This document shows, in pieces, positions 35,140 through 45,266 of a stretch of DNA of 64,000 nucleotides (its first letter is position 1; each line of letters begins with the position of its first letter). Under the pieces are notes generated by a model, which did not search any database, had not been told where the DNA came from, and saw only the letters and a list, made by a program, of their open reading frames with translations. The position numbers were made by a program, and so were the translations under genes. Source of the DNA: Planctomycetaceae bacterium (lineage in GTDB: Bacteria > Planctomycetota > Phycisphaerae > Phycisphaerales > UBA5793); the NCBI GenBank assembly GCA_040255465.1, contig JBDZVA010000002.1, forward strand, positions 346,373 through 410,372, in the 5' to 3' direction.

Positions 35140-38100
35140 TCAGACGGCGCCGAGTTCGAGGATCAACGTGGGCGTGTCCCGGTCATCGATCTCAGAAACT
35201 CGCGTTACGCCTGCCTGCAGTGATGCCCACACTTCGGCGAGAGATTGGGAGTCGAGATCGACGATTGCCTGATCGTCGGGCTGGAGCCAGGCATGGTGGC
35301 CGACGAACGCCGCACCATTTGCCCGCACCTGCAGAATGCGACGGTTCATTTCATCGAGGGCGGCGGGCGGCGGGTCGAGCTGGATCGAGTTGTCGATGGC
35401 GGAACTGGGAACGGGATCGACCATCGCAGCGCCGGCGTAGTGCATCCATCGATCGATGAAGTTGCGCTGTTCATCCAGCGTGGCCTCGCAGCGCATCAGT
35501 CGCGGCACGATCCATGGGGTGACGAGCGCATTGGGGTTGCCTGCCCGCGCGCTGCGGCCGTTGATGAGGGAATCGACGCGCTGCCGCAGTTCGTCAAATC
35601 GATCGATCCCCATGACGGTCTGGTACGTCGGCGCCGTCTCGCCATGAACTTCAACGCTGATGACGTCGATGGGCAGGAGGAGCACACGGGTCGGATCACC
35701 AAACGCATCGGGCAGATCAGTGCGGACATGAATCGCAGCGCAGCCAACCTCTCGAGCGAATCGGAGGATTTCTTCGAATTGCGGATGGAGCAGGGGGTCG
35801 CCCCGGCCGCCGAAAGTGATCGCGAGATCCGAACGGGAGACGGCTTCGCGCAGGAATCGCCTTGCTACGTCGATGTCGATGTCCACTTGCGGATTGATCG
35901 CCGGAGACCAGAACGGCTCAGTCGAGCGGCGCGTGGTGAGTTCGATCTCGATCTGTTGAGGGAGGCCGTCGGCGGCCGTGGGGATGGCGTTCAGTGCGGC
36001 GAGAAGTTCCAGACCGCAAGGGTCCTTGCCAATCGACTCAAACGCGCGGGCGATGGTAGATGTGTCGGCAATGTACCTGCCGATGTGATTGCGGATTTCT
36101 GCGGGCAGTTTGACGCAGGCATCCTTGCTGGTTGGATCGAGTTGCGGCAGGCTGGGGATGTAGGAGAGCATCGAGCCGACGGTGAACTGGCGCACGCGCT
36201 GGGACATTTCGCGCATGAGCGACGCTTCGATCAGCACGCCGCAGAGGCCCGGCGGCGCCTGGGTGAAGACGAGCCGGTGGATTTCGGGATGTTCGAGGTA
36301 GCGGGCGATGAGCGCCCCGCAGCCGGTGGCGTCTGACCAGTCTACAAGCGGCCAGTCGGGGCCGACAACAACGACCGCGTCGAGATGCAGTTCGTCCATC
36401 GCCGCCGCCATGTGGGAGGGGGCGATGATCTCATCAAAGACGGTCATGCCGCCGATGCCGCCGCGCCACGACCAGTCACTCCAGCGACGGGCGGCGGCGA
36501 CGGCGCGGTGGGCGTCGTCGAAGATGGGACCGACAACTTCGCGAACCACAAGCGGACGGTCGATGCGGGACTGATCAAGGAACGACTGAATGTCACTGCC
36601 GCGCGGGACGAGGAGCACGATCGACTCGATGCGCCGGCAGCGGCCGAGGCGTTCGAGCGTGGCCTGCAGAGGCCAGCTGCTCGATCGGTTGTTCATCGGG
36701 CGATCGATGAGCAGTCCGCTTCGTTGCGGGTCGATGGCGATCATTGCGGCGATGCGGCGCGGCCCGGTGGCGGTCGATCCGGTGTCAGCCGACTGCGAGT
36801 GTTCCGTCTTTGCCGCCGCGCGCTCGCTGATGCGGGTATTGACTGACTCGCCGCTAAGAACGCGCAGGGCTTCGTTGAGGATTTGTTGTGTTTCGAGGCA
36901 GGCCTCGGCGAGCCAGCGAACGTTGGTCTGGTCGCGCTCCAGTTGCGCCTTCTGGCGAGCGAGTGGTTCGAGCGTCTCGGAGAGATCGAGTTTTCGATCG
37001 GCTTTCAGTCGCTTGAAGACGCCGAGTTGATTGACGAGGTTGACCAGATCGTGCAGGACGGCGAGGCGATCGACTTCTTTTTGGTTGGCCCGTATCTTCT
37101 GGAACAGGCGATTCATCGCCGCTCCATCGTGCTGATGCTCGAGCATCTCGCCGAGAATGCGATCCGTGTCACGGCTGACCTTTTCGAGACGCTGCACGTC
37201 GCTTCGCACGGACTCGAGTCGGCGGCTGGTCTGGCGCAGGCGATCGGCGTCGAGTCGCCGACGCTCGGTTGCGAACTCCGGCAGGGGAGTTGACGCGGCC
37301 TCGGCGAGCACTTCGTCGAGCGGTCGGACGATGGTGTGTTGCTTGGCGACGCCTCCGCCGGCCGCGTCGATGATGGTCTGCGGTGCGTTGCAGAAGTCGC
37401 GTTCGAACTGCGTGAGGTAGGTGCTCATCTGCTCATCGACGAGCATCGGTCGGCCACTCTGGCTGCGGGCGGGGCGCAGGTTCCGCTTCATGCGAGCCAC
37501 GCGCGACCATTCCATCATGTCGATCGTGTTGAAGGCATTGATCTCCGGCGCCCACTGGTCGTGAATCGCAGCGCCGGGGCCGTAGTAGAGGTTGTCCGTG
37601 AAGCCGAGATCCTGGCCGACCAGGACGATCGGATCGCAGCCGAGGTATTGTGCGAGATAGAAGCTCAAGTGGGCCACGGTCGAGCCGGCGGGGACGGAAC
37701 CCATTTCGCGCGCGAGTGGGCCGAGGAGTTTGTCGAGGAAGTTGTTGGCGACGCAGCGAATCGGGCCGGGATAGGACTCGACGACGATGCGGTTTACCTT
37801 GGCCTCGCAGACGAGAGTGATGTCGCGCAACTCTTCGGGATCGAGGCCGTCGTAGAACTGGCGACTGATTTCGTGGTAATCCAACGCCGTGACGAAGTGC
37901 GGCCGGATGCCGCGCCGCAGCAGCGGGCGCAGGCAGGTCTGCACGGCGATGATCACGACGCGCTCGCGCAGCGTTGGATCGGCCAGGAGTTCGTAGTGGC
38001 GCGACAGGCTAGGGCCGGCGGAGAGGAGCAGGGCGGTTCGACCGCTGGCGATGTTCTTGAGCAGCGCGATGCCTTCGCCGGCGGCGTAGTGATCCAGGTT

Positions 38101-38847
38101 CAGGCTCAGGTTGCGGCAGGTCGTGGATGAATGCACGAGCGTCGTGAGCATCGTGGTGCGGATGTTTGAGACCAGGTCGGCGAACATCTTGCTGAATCTG
38201 GCTGCCGCTTCACCCAGTCGGGCGCGGCTGGGGAGATGAGCTTCGATCGTGGTGCCTTGCGCCACGATGCCTTCGGCTCCCGCGAGCTGGACGGAGATGC
38301 CGGCGCGATCTTCGGGCTCGTCGGCGATGACGAGATTCGTCGCGTTGATCCACTCGGAGTGGTCAACTTGTTCAAGCACAGAGCGAAGCAATGCGACATC
38401 GGGTTCGAAGACAATGATCAGCCCTGTCTTGCGCATGGCCTGGGCGATTCGCTGGATGTGATAGCCCATGGCAAAGCCGAGCACGACGACGGTCGCATGC
38501 TGGACGATGTCGATCCCTTTTGCGAACCGATCCGCCTCATCGAGCGGTCGGTGTCGGCTGCACAATTGTGATCCGTGAAGCGAGAGAGCCGGAACCCCCT
38601 GCGGGGTCGGTGCGAACGCGCATAGCGTGGATGGGGCGATGGTTCGGATTCGCTCCACAAGCCGGGCGTTGTGCGGAGCGAGAGCCTTGAGATTGGCTTC
38701 GAGGATTGCTGTACTCACTCCACCCGCCACTTCGCTTGAGGGTCGTTTCCGGTTTCGGCATCGGTCTTGCTGTGGTATTATCGGAATCAAATCGCCGGAG
38801 ACTTGAGCCATGGATCTGCCAAGCGGCTCGCCGCTGATCGTGAACAC
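35140..38847 (-). CDS. Multidomain Maf-like (DUF115/MptE-like) putative nonulosonic-acid transferase fused to nucleotidyltransferase-like and radical-SAM-like (Cys-less) modules
   Basis: The N-terminal third (ILEANLKALAPHNARL..., ALLLSAGPSLS, IIAVQTCLRPLLRRGIRPHFVTALDYHE, VLVGQDLGF) matches the motility-accessory-factor/MptE-like pattern. A coiled-coil linker follows. Residues about 720-930 look like a GT-A/cytidylyltransferase-like fold (RRIAAMIAID..., IVLLVPRG). The C-terminus has radical-SAM-barrel-like strands (ITFGGRGDPLLHP, AIHVRTDL, VISVEVHG), but TTRRSTEPFWSPA occupies the place of CxxxCxxC. The start (38847 or 38811) is uncertain. Confidence 0.7.
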   Translation of the reverse strand: MFTISGEPLGRSMAQVSGDLIPIIPQQDRCRNRKRPSSEVAGGVSTAILEANLKALAPHNARLVERIRTIAPSTLCAFAPTPQGVPALSLHGSQLCSRHRPLDEADRFAKGIDIVQHATVVVLGFAMGYHIQRIAQAMRKTGLIIVFEPDVALLRSVLEQVDHSEWINATNLVIADEPEDRAGISVQLAGAEGIVAQGTTIEAHLPSRARLGEAAARFSKMFADLVSNIRTTMLTTLVHSSTTCRNLSLNLDHYAAGEGIALLKNIASGRTALLLSAGPSLSRHYELLADPTLRERVVIIAVQTCLRPLLRRGIRPHFVTALDYHEISRQFYDGLDPEELRDITLVCEAKVNRIVVESYPGPIRCVANNFLDKLLGPLAREMGSVPAGSTVAHLSFYLAQYLGCDPIVLVGQDLGFTDNLYYGPGAAIHDQWAPEINAFNTIDMMEWSRVARMKRNLRPARSQSGRPMLVDEQMSTYLTQFERDFCNAPQTIIDAAGGGVAKQHTIVRPLDEVLAEAASTPLPEFATERRRLDADRLRQTSRRLESVRSDVQRLEKVSRDTDRILGEMLEHQHDGAAMNRLFQKIRANQKEVDRLAVLHDLVNLVNQLGVFKRLKADRKLDLSETLEPLARQKAQLERDQTNVRWLAEACLETQQILNEALRVLSGESVNTRISERAAAKTEHSQSADTGSTATGPRRIAAMIAIDPQRSGLLIDRPMNNRSSSWPLQATLERLGRCRRIESIVLLVPRGSDIQSFLDQSRIDRPLVVREVVGPIFDDAHRAVAAARRWSDWSWRGGIGGMTVFDEIIAPSHMAAAMDELHLDAVVVVGPDWPLVDWSDATGCGALIARYLEHPEIHRLVFTQAPPGLCGVLIEASLMREMSQRVRQFTVGSMLSYIPSLPQLDPTSKDACVKLPAEIRNHIGRYIADTSTIARAFESIGKDPCGLELLAALNAIPTAADGLPQQIEIELTTRRSTEPFWSPAINPQVDIDIDVARRFLREAVSRSDLAITFGGRGDPLLHPQFEEILRFAREVGCAAIHVRTDLPDAFGDPTRVLLLPIDVISVEVHGETAPTYQTVMGIDRFDELRQRVDSLINGRSARAGNPNALVTPWIVPRLMRCEATLDEQRNFIDRWMHYAGAAMVDPVPSSAIDNSIQLDPPPAALDEMNRRILQVRANGAAFVGHHAWLQPDDQAIVDLDSQSLAEVWASLQAGVTRVSEIDDRDTPTLILELGAV

Positions 38848-39406
38848 GCTGGAAAGCCCCTGGTTTCTGGCGGCGCTGCTGCTGATTGCGGGGGGAATCG
38901 CGTGGTTCGGGTTCCGCTATCGGTATCCGCGCCGGGCCCCGATGGTGGCCGGAGTGTTGATCGCTGCGGCCCTGGGGCTGGTAGCGCTGGCGGCACTGGT
39001 GGAGACCACGGGTGAACGACTCGCACGAGAAACCCGCTCGCTGGTGGAAGCGGCGGTGGCCGGGGATGCGGTGGCGTTTGGCGGCCTGCTTGAGGATGGT
39101 CTCGTGCTGCGCGTGGGCCGGGACAAGTCATCGCTGGACAAGGCCGATCTGCTCGATCGTGTCAAGGGGATCAAAGCGCTCGTGCAGTCCAACAACATTC
39201 GCGACACGCGCGGAGTGCGCACCGGAGCCGACACAGGCGAATCGGTGCTGGCGCAGACGACCACCACGGCCATGGGCCAGCCGACACCCAATGAGTGGCG
39301 ATTTCGCTGGCGCAAGGATGCGGCCGGCCGGTGGAGGGTGACGGAAATGATCTGGGAGAAGTGGGGATTCAACGACGTTCCCAGCGCGGACATGCTGCGC
39401 AACTGA
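38810..39406 (+). CDS. Hypothetical membrane-anchored NTF2/SnoaL-like protein
   Basis: Two N-terminal TM helices (WFLAALLLIAGGIAWFGF; VAGVLIAAALGLVALAALV) are followed by about 120 aa ending WRFRWRKDAAGRWRVTEM, typical of NTF2-like/DUF4440 folds. The 5' end overlaps the divergent Maf-like ORF as listed. Confidence 0.5.
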   Translation: MDLPSGSPLIVNTLESPWFLAALLLIAGGIAWFGFRYRYPRRAPMVAGVLIAAALGLVALAALVETTGERLARETRSLVEAAVAGDAVAFGGLLEDGLVLRVGRDKSSLDKADLLDRVKGIKALVQSNNIRDTRGVRTGADTGESVLAQTTTTAMGQPTPNEWRFRWRKDAAGRWRVTEMIWEKWGFNDVPSADMLRN

Positions 39407-39418
39407 GGGCGGCTGGCG

Positions 39419-42010
39419 CTACTTCTCGGGGGTTTCTTCCTGAAGAGGATCCGGAGCGAGGGGATCCGGCGTGTTGAAGTAGGCGCGGGCGTCCTGGGCG
39501 ATGGCGCGGAGTTGCGGATTGTCGCTTCGAAGCGAGGCTTCGAGCACCACGTCCGCGTCGCTGGCAGAGCGGGCTGCGATCCAGGCCATCTGAACGAGTG
39601 GATCGGTCGAGCGTCGAGCCACGGCCTCGAACTGGTCCAGCACAGCGATGCGACTGGTGCTCGTGTCCTTTTGGAAGGGCAGCGACAGGATGGCCCATGC
39701 GGCCGTCTTCGCATCGAGTTCGGGCCAGAGTTCGATCAGGCGGTTCATGCCGGCGTCCATCGCGGCCATTAGTTCGGGGTTGGCGGCGGGATCGATCATG
39801 CGAGTGAGACGGGCGTGCAGCAGGGCGCCGATCTTTGAGATTGTCTGAACAGTCGTTGCGGAGTCCTGAGCGGAGAGCTGACCGGCGAGATCCGGGGTGG
39901 CGCCGTCGAGCAGCCCGGGCCACGCAGAAACCTGCATTGGTTTGGATTGGCGGACGATGCTCCACGATTGGGGTCGGAATCTGCCGTCCGACCCGACGTC
40001 GTAATCGAGCATGGCCTGGAACTGCACACTCAGTGGGCGCAGGGCGAAATTCGGAATCAGCAGACCGAAGAGCGTGTGATCGATGGAGATCGGCACGGTC
40101 ATCTCTTCGGCGGGCATGAGCATGAGGCGGCGCTCAAGATCGAGCGTGAGCGGGCGGGTGCCGGTGGGCAGTCGCTTGCCGCCAATCTGGAAGATCGGAA
40201 ACACGGCGAGCCGGCTGGGAAGGATCTTTTCGGCGTCGATCGCGACGGGCCAGGGACCGTCGTTACGCACCGTCACATCGAACGTGATCGCGTCGAGCGG
40301 TTCGGTCCGTTCGGTGCGGGGGGCGATCGAGAGGCTGAAGTACCGCTCTGGTCGCATGAGCAGGTCGCTGAGCGTTTGCGGGAAGCGATCGAGTTCCTTT
40401 TCGACGGCGCGAGCCTGGCGCGGGGCAGGCATCGGCTTTCCCGTCAGTTTCTCGTACTTCCACTTGCACAGGATCCCCACGAGTTTGCCCGGCTGACCCT
40501 GGTAGATTTCTCCAAGCAATCGCGTGGCGTCGGCTGTGCGACCGAGTTCGAGTTGAGCGGTTGCGACACCCAGATCGCTCAGCGGATCGACGGCCTGGAG
40601 GGACTGAAGGCCGGCGATGGCGGCTTGCGCATCGCCCTGACGCAGGCTGAGCCAGGAACGAAGGCGCTGCAGTTCGGCGGGATCGTGGTTGCCGCTCCTG
40701 TCGAGTTCGAGGACGTCGGCCGCGGCCTGCTCGACATGCCGATTGACCCACAACCGCGTCCACGCCCGATCCGCAATGATGCGGCGCTGGTCAGCGTTCA
40801 TCGCATTGATGGCTGAGACGGGCAGCGAAGTGCGATCGGTGCTCTTCAACTCCTGGAGTTGCGAATCCCAGATGCGTTCGAGGGACGCCAGAGAGCTTTC
40901 GACATCGTTTTCCGATTCAGCCGCCATGGCGAGCAGCAGGCGGGTGATCTGCAGATGAATTGAGAGGTCCACGGAGACGTCTTCAAACGTCGGCATCTCG
41001 CCGATCTGCGGGGTCGGGAGACCCTCATCGGCAGCCTTCTTCAGGGCTGCCTGTTGCTGGGCAATCCACTCCTGCTGTCGCCGCCGCCTCTCGAAACGGT
41101 CAAATGAGTCCTGCCGTTTTTTGATGAGATCGAGGCCGTCTCGCGGGCCCGACTCGGCGCAACGAAGGTAGGCGTAGTCGGCGAAGAGATCGTCGGGGAT
41201 GCTGGATTGATGTCGAGCGGCTTGAGCGCTCAGCCCTTCGATCAGGTCGGCGGCCCCGCGCTGGAAGCCGGATTCCTGAACCACCGCGATCAGATCGTTC
41301 AGCGCGGCTTCGTTGACGGGATCGGCCTTGACCAGCTGCATCATGGCGCGAACGAGCAGTTCGACCTTGGCGGTTTGACGATCGGTTTCCAGGGCGTTGA
41401 GGGCTGCGGCGTCGAGGTTCACCGGGTTGCGTTTGAGTGCTTCCTCGAGGTAGGAGGAGGCCACGCTGGCGCGCCCCTGCTCCTCAGCCAGGATCGCGGC
41501 GCGGTAGGCGACGTGGCTGAGAACTTCAGGCATGAGACGAGCGCCGGCGGCTGAGCGCAGAAGCCGCTCACAGAGATCGAGGCGCTCAGTGACGCTCTGA
41601 CGCTCGTCGATGGCGCGGCTGATGACGTTTAACTGGGCCGTGGCGTTGTCGGGTTCGAGGCGGAGCAGATTCCGTTCCGCCTGGATGATCATGGGCAGGC
41701 TGGAATCGAGAACCGCGCCGGCGGCGGCCAGTCTGCGGTGGATTTCGACGTCATCCGGAGCGAGTTCGGCGGCCCACTCCAGAATGCCTACGGCCGCCCG
41801 GTATCCCGCCTGCGGATCCGCCTCGGGCCCGGGGCGGGCGAACCGAAGGGTGTGCTGGACCAGTCTCCGGGCGATGAGTTGATCAAGGGAATAGGTCTCC
41901 GCCGTGGCGACGGCCGCCGCGTCTGATGAGACGGAGCCCGGGCTGGCGGTGGCGACGAGGGTGCCGAGGGAGAGCAGGGCGACGAGCAGTCGAATCATGG
42001 TGTCTTTCAC
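39419..42010 (-). CDS. Large secreted helical-repeat (TPR-like) protein
   Basis: Signal peptide (MIRLLVALLSLGTLVATASP). The N-terminal two-thirds are Ala/Leu-rich helical repeats, and the C-terminal third looks beta-rich. No catalytic motif was recognised. Confidence 0.6.
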   Translation of the reverse strand: MKDTMIRLLVALLSLGTLVATASPGSVSSDAAAVATAETYSLDQLIARRLVQHTLRFARPGPEADPQAGYRAAVGILEWAAELAPDDVEIHRRLAAAGAVLDSSLPMIIQAERNLLRLEPDNATAQLNVISRAIDERQSVTERLDLCERLLRSAAGARLMPEVLSHVAYRAAILAEEQGRASVASSYLEEALKRNPVNLDAAALNALETDRQTAKVELLVRAMMQLVKADPVNEAALNDLIAVVQESGFQRGAADLIEGLSAQAARHQSSIPDDLFADYAYLRCAESGPRDGLDLIKKRQDSFDRFERRRRQQEWIAQQQAALKKAADEGLPTPQIGEMPTFEDVSVDLSIHLQITRLLLAMAAESENDVESSLASLERIWDSQLQELKSTDRTSLPVSAINAMNADQRRIIADRAWTRLWVNRHVEQAAADVLELDRSGNHDPAELQRLRSWLSLRQGDAQAAIAGLQSLQAVDPLSDLGVATAQLELGRTADATRLLGEIYQGQPGKLVGILCKWKYEKLTGKPMPAPRQARAVEKELDRFPQTLSDLLMRPERYFSLSIAPRTERTEPLDAITFDVTVRNDGPWPVAIDAEKILPSRLAVFPIFQIGGKRLPTGTRPLTLDLERRLMLMPAEEMTVPISIDHTLFGLLIPNFALRPLSVQFQAMLDYDVGSDGRFRPQSWSIVRQSKPMQVSAWPGLLDGATPDLAGQLSAQDSATTVQTISKIGALLHARLTRMIDPAANPELMAAMDAGMNRLIELWPELDAKTAAWAILSLPFQKDTSTSRIAVLDQFEAVARRSTDPLVQMAWIAARSASDADVVLEASLRSDNPQLRAIAQDARAYFNTPDPLAPDPLQEETPEK

Positions 42011-42238
42011 ATCGGACGCCGGGGGGCGGTCACGTCAGCGGGCGGATCTGAAAGGGGTTACAAAATGGCGCTGGACCGGGTCGGCGATGCTAGGAACGCG
42101 GCTGGGCGATTCCATGAACAGAAGAGATTGAGGATTGACCATCTCAAGGAGCAATCGTAGCGTAAGGTTCGATGTTGCCAGCGATTGAGCCTGGCCGAGC
42201 CGGGCGGCCACACGCCCAGAATTCGCGGAGATTCCAGC

Positions 42239-43321
42239 ATGCACGCTTCCCGGCGACGAACGTCGACCCTCCTCGCCTTCCTGCTGATGGTTCTGGGTGC
42301 AGGTCCGCTGGCCCTGGCCCAATTGCCCCCGGACGTCTTCAACACGCCCCGACCGCTGACATCGCAGCAGGTGGCGGCGCTCAAGGACTTCGTGCAGAAG
42401 AATCTCGCCGGCCTCAAGTCAAAGGACAGTCGCGCGCTGGCTGACGCCCGGCGGTCGCTGCTCGATCCGGTGCGTCGGGACACCTCCCGGACCTTCCGCA
42501 TGGCGTACAACGATGCGCTGACGCCGGGATTGACGGTGCTGGCCAATGACGAGCAGGCGGAGATGGCCAATCGCCAGGCGGCGATCTGGATTCTCGGGGC
42601 GGTGGCGAGCGATGATTCTGATGCGGCGCTGCGAAATGTTCTGGGATCCAAGGTGCCGGCGCTGCGCTATGCGGCGGCGACTGGACTTGAACGGTCGATG
42701 CAGGCCAACCGTCTGGACCGCAACGCTTACTCGAACGCGATGCAGAGCGAAAAGAACGTCGCTCGATTCCTGCGTGATGCGCTGGAAACGGAAACGGACG
42801 CCGAAGTCTTGCGCGCCCTGCTTTCCGCCGCCGCGGCGCTTCCGACAGCCGCCAACGCGCTGGACACGATCAGTGACGGGCTTGTGGCCCAGGCGCGTCG
42901 ACTCAAGGATGCGGACTCCGTCGCGTGCCTCAATTCCATGCGGATCGGTCTTGAGCGGATGCAGAAGCGCTACGTCGTGGACACCGTGGGCGGGCCGGCC
43001 ATCGCGCCGCACGAGCACAAGATGATCGAGGCGGCGGCCAGCGCGCTGCTGCTGGTTGTGCGCCACGGCAAGGCGGACAAGATCACCGACGCCAGCCGGG
43101 ACACCTATTCGAATCTCACACGCACGAGCGAAAACCTGCTGAGCCTGCTGTGCAAGCGAGACAGCGCTCAAACGCGTGTTTCCAACGCCGTGGCCGCCGG
43201 TCGCTACGACGACGCCGACGCGGCGCTCAAATCGACATGGCTCGCGGGTGATGGCCCCATCTATTCGAACCGGGTGTGGGAGTTTGAGGCCGGGTCGATC
43301 GAGGCAGCGTTCAACCGCTGA
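42239..43321 (+). CDS. Secreted HEAT/armadillo-like repeat protein
   Basis: Signal peptide (STLLAFLLMVLGAGPLALAQ) followed by repeated helical units (ANRQAAIWILGAV, VPALRYAAATGLE, VLRALLSAAAAL). The listed ORF starts at 42185. Confidence 0.55.
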   Translation: MHASRRRTSTLLAFLLMVLGAGPLALAQLPPDVFNTPRPLTSQQVAALKDFVQKNLAGLKSKDSRALADARRSLLDPVRRDTSRTFRMAYNDALTPGLTVLANDEQAEMANRQAAIWILGAVASDDSDAALRNVLGSKVPALRYAAATGLERSMQANRLDRNAYSNAMQSEKNVARFLRDALETETDAEVLRALLSAAAALPTAANALDTISDGLVAQARRLKDADSVACLNSMRIGLERMQKRYVVDTVGGPAIAPHEHKMIEAAASALLLVVRHGKADKITDASRDTYSNLTRTSENLLSLLCKRDSAQTRVSNAVAAGRYDDADAALKSTWLAGDGPIYSNRVWEFEAGSIEAAFNR

Positions 43322-43363
43322 TCGTCGGGAGGCTTCGCTCGGGGTCGATCGCGGCTCTACGCT

Positions 43364-45250
43364 ATGGGCATGAGGACGATCCTGCCCATACTCCTGCTCG
43401 TGGGTCTGCTCATCGGAGCGGTGATGCTCGACCGGCCTCAACCGCCGGCTGATCTCACGTTTATCAATCGCGGTGAAGTTCATTCACTGGACCCGCAGCG
43501 CATGAGCTGGCTGCAGGATTTTCGTATTGCCGACGCGCTCTACGAGGGGCTTGTCAACTACGACAACGACACGTTTGAGATCGTACCCGGCGTGGCCGAG
43601 ACTTGGACCGTGTCGCCGGACGGGCTGACGTATACGTTTCACCTGCGCGACAACGCCAAGTGGTCCAACGGCGATCCGGTGACCGCACAGGACTTTGCGT
43701 ATTCGTGGCGTCGGGCGCTGTTTCCCGACACCGTGGCCGGATATGCCGATCTGTTCTTCAAGATCAAAGGTGGCCGGGCCTTCTTCGATTGGCGCGTCAA
43801 GCAACTGCAGGACTTTGCAGGACGAGCAGCGGGAGTGGACGACGCGGCGCGGCTGAAACTGGCTCAGCAGATGCTTGAGGAAGCGCTGCAGCGGTATGAG
43901 CAGACCGTGGGCGTGGACGCGGTCGACCCGCACACGCTCGTGGTCACGCTGGATGTGCCCACGCCCTACATGCTCGACCTGCTGGCGTTTGGACCGTTCA
44001 AGCCAGTGCACCGACCGACGGTCGAGCCGTATCTTCATCTGGACGCCGCGTCGGGTGCGTTTCGCCAACACTACGGGTGGACCAAGCCGCCGCTGCTCGT
44101 CAGCAACGGACCCTACGTGCTGACGGTCTGGCGTTACATGCGCGATTTGCGGATGGAGCGCAACCCGTACTACTGGAACAGTGCTGCCGTGCAGTCCGAT
44201 TCGGTTGTGTGCATCGCGGTCGAAGACGCCAACACAGCCGTGCTCGCATACGAGACGGGAACCATTGACTGGCTGAGCGATGTCGGCGTGGACTACCGGG
44301 CCGACATGCTCGCACAAAAGCAGAGATACATGGATCGCAATGCGGCGCGGTACCAGGAACTGTGCGATCAGGGAAAGAGCTACAACGAGGCGATGGAAAT
44401 CCTCGCGCACGAATCGCCGCCTCAGCCCGGCGAACGGAACGACATTCACGCCTTTGCGGCATACGGCACCTATTTCTACAACTTCAATTGTCAGCCAACG
44501 CTGAATGGCGGCGAATTCAATCCATTCAAGGACGCGCGGATTCGCCGGGCGTTCGCCCGGGCGGTGGACAAGCAGGCGATCGTGGAGCGGGTCACGCGAA
44601 TGAACCAGCCTGTGGCCAATGTGCTCATTCCGCCGGGATCGATTGCGGGGTTCGAGGGGGCCAAGGGCATTGGCTATGACCCCGCCAAGGCTCGATCGGA
44701 ACTGGCGGAAGCCGGCTGGGAGGACCGGGACGGCGACGGATACGTGGAGGATGCCGCGGGTCAGCGGTTCCCGACGGTGGAGATCCTGTTTCCATCCGTC
44801 GCGGAGCACAAGTCCATCGCGCAGGCGATTGCTCACATGTGGGAGCGCACGCTCGGCGTGAAATGCCGCCTCCGCGAGGAAGAGACCAAAGTGCAGGCGG
44901 CCCATCTGCAGGAGCACGATTTCATGGTTTCTCGGGGGAACTGGTACGGCGACTACGGCGACCCCACGACGTTTCTTGATCTCGATCGCACCGGCAACAG
45001 CAACAACGACCGCAACTATTCGAATCCCGTATTCGATGAACTCATGAACCAGGCTGACATGGAACTGGATCCAGTCAAGCGCATGAAGATCCTCGAAGAG
45101 GCGGACGCGATGATGGTGAATGAAGAAGTGCCGATCCTGCCGCTGTTTCACCAGGTGACGCTCTATATGTACGATCCGGCGAAACTTCGCAATATCTCAA
45201 CGCACCCGCGATTGACGCAGTACCTGTGGGAACTGAAGGTCGTGAAATGA
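43364..45250 (+). CDS. ABC transporter substrate-binding protein, family 5 (peptide/nickel/opine type)
   Basis: An N-terminal anchor is followed by SLDPQ..., YEGLV, PGVAESW-like (PGVAETWTVSPDGLTYTFHLR) and KWSNGDPVTAQDF, all collinear with OppA/DppA-type proteins. Confidence 0.85.
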   Translation: MGMRTILPILLLVGLLIGAVMLDRPQPPADLTFINRGEVHSLDPQRMSWLQDFRIADALYEGLVNYDNDTFEIVPGVAETWTVSPDGLTYTFHLRDNAKWSNGDPVTAQDFAYSWRRALFPDTVAGYADLFFKIKGGRAFFDWRVKQLQDFAGRAAGVDDAARLKLAQQMLEEALQRYEQTVGVDAVDPHTLVVTLDVPTPYMLDLLAFGPFKPVHRPTVEPYLHLDAASGAFRQHYGWTKPPLLVSNGPYVLTVWRYMRDLRMERNPYYWNSAAVQSDSVVCIAVEDANTAVLAYETGTIDWLSDVGVDYRADMLAQKQRYMDRNAARYQELCDQGKSYNEAMEILAHESPPQPGERNDIHAFAAYGTYFYNFNCQPTLNGGEFNPFKDARIRRAFARAVDKQAIVERVTRMNQPVANVLIPPGSIAGFEGAKGIGYDPAKARSELAEAGWEDRDGDGYVEDAAGQRFPTVEILFPSVAEHKSIAQAIAHMWERTLGVKCRLREEETKVQAAHLQEHDFMVSRGNWYGDYGDPTTFLDLDRTGNSNNDRNYSNPVFDELMNQADMELDPVKRMKILEEADAMMVNEEVPILPLFHQVTLYMYDPAKLRNISTHPRLTQYLWELKVVK

Positions 45251-45266
45251 GCCGAGGAGTGGCCCG

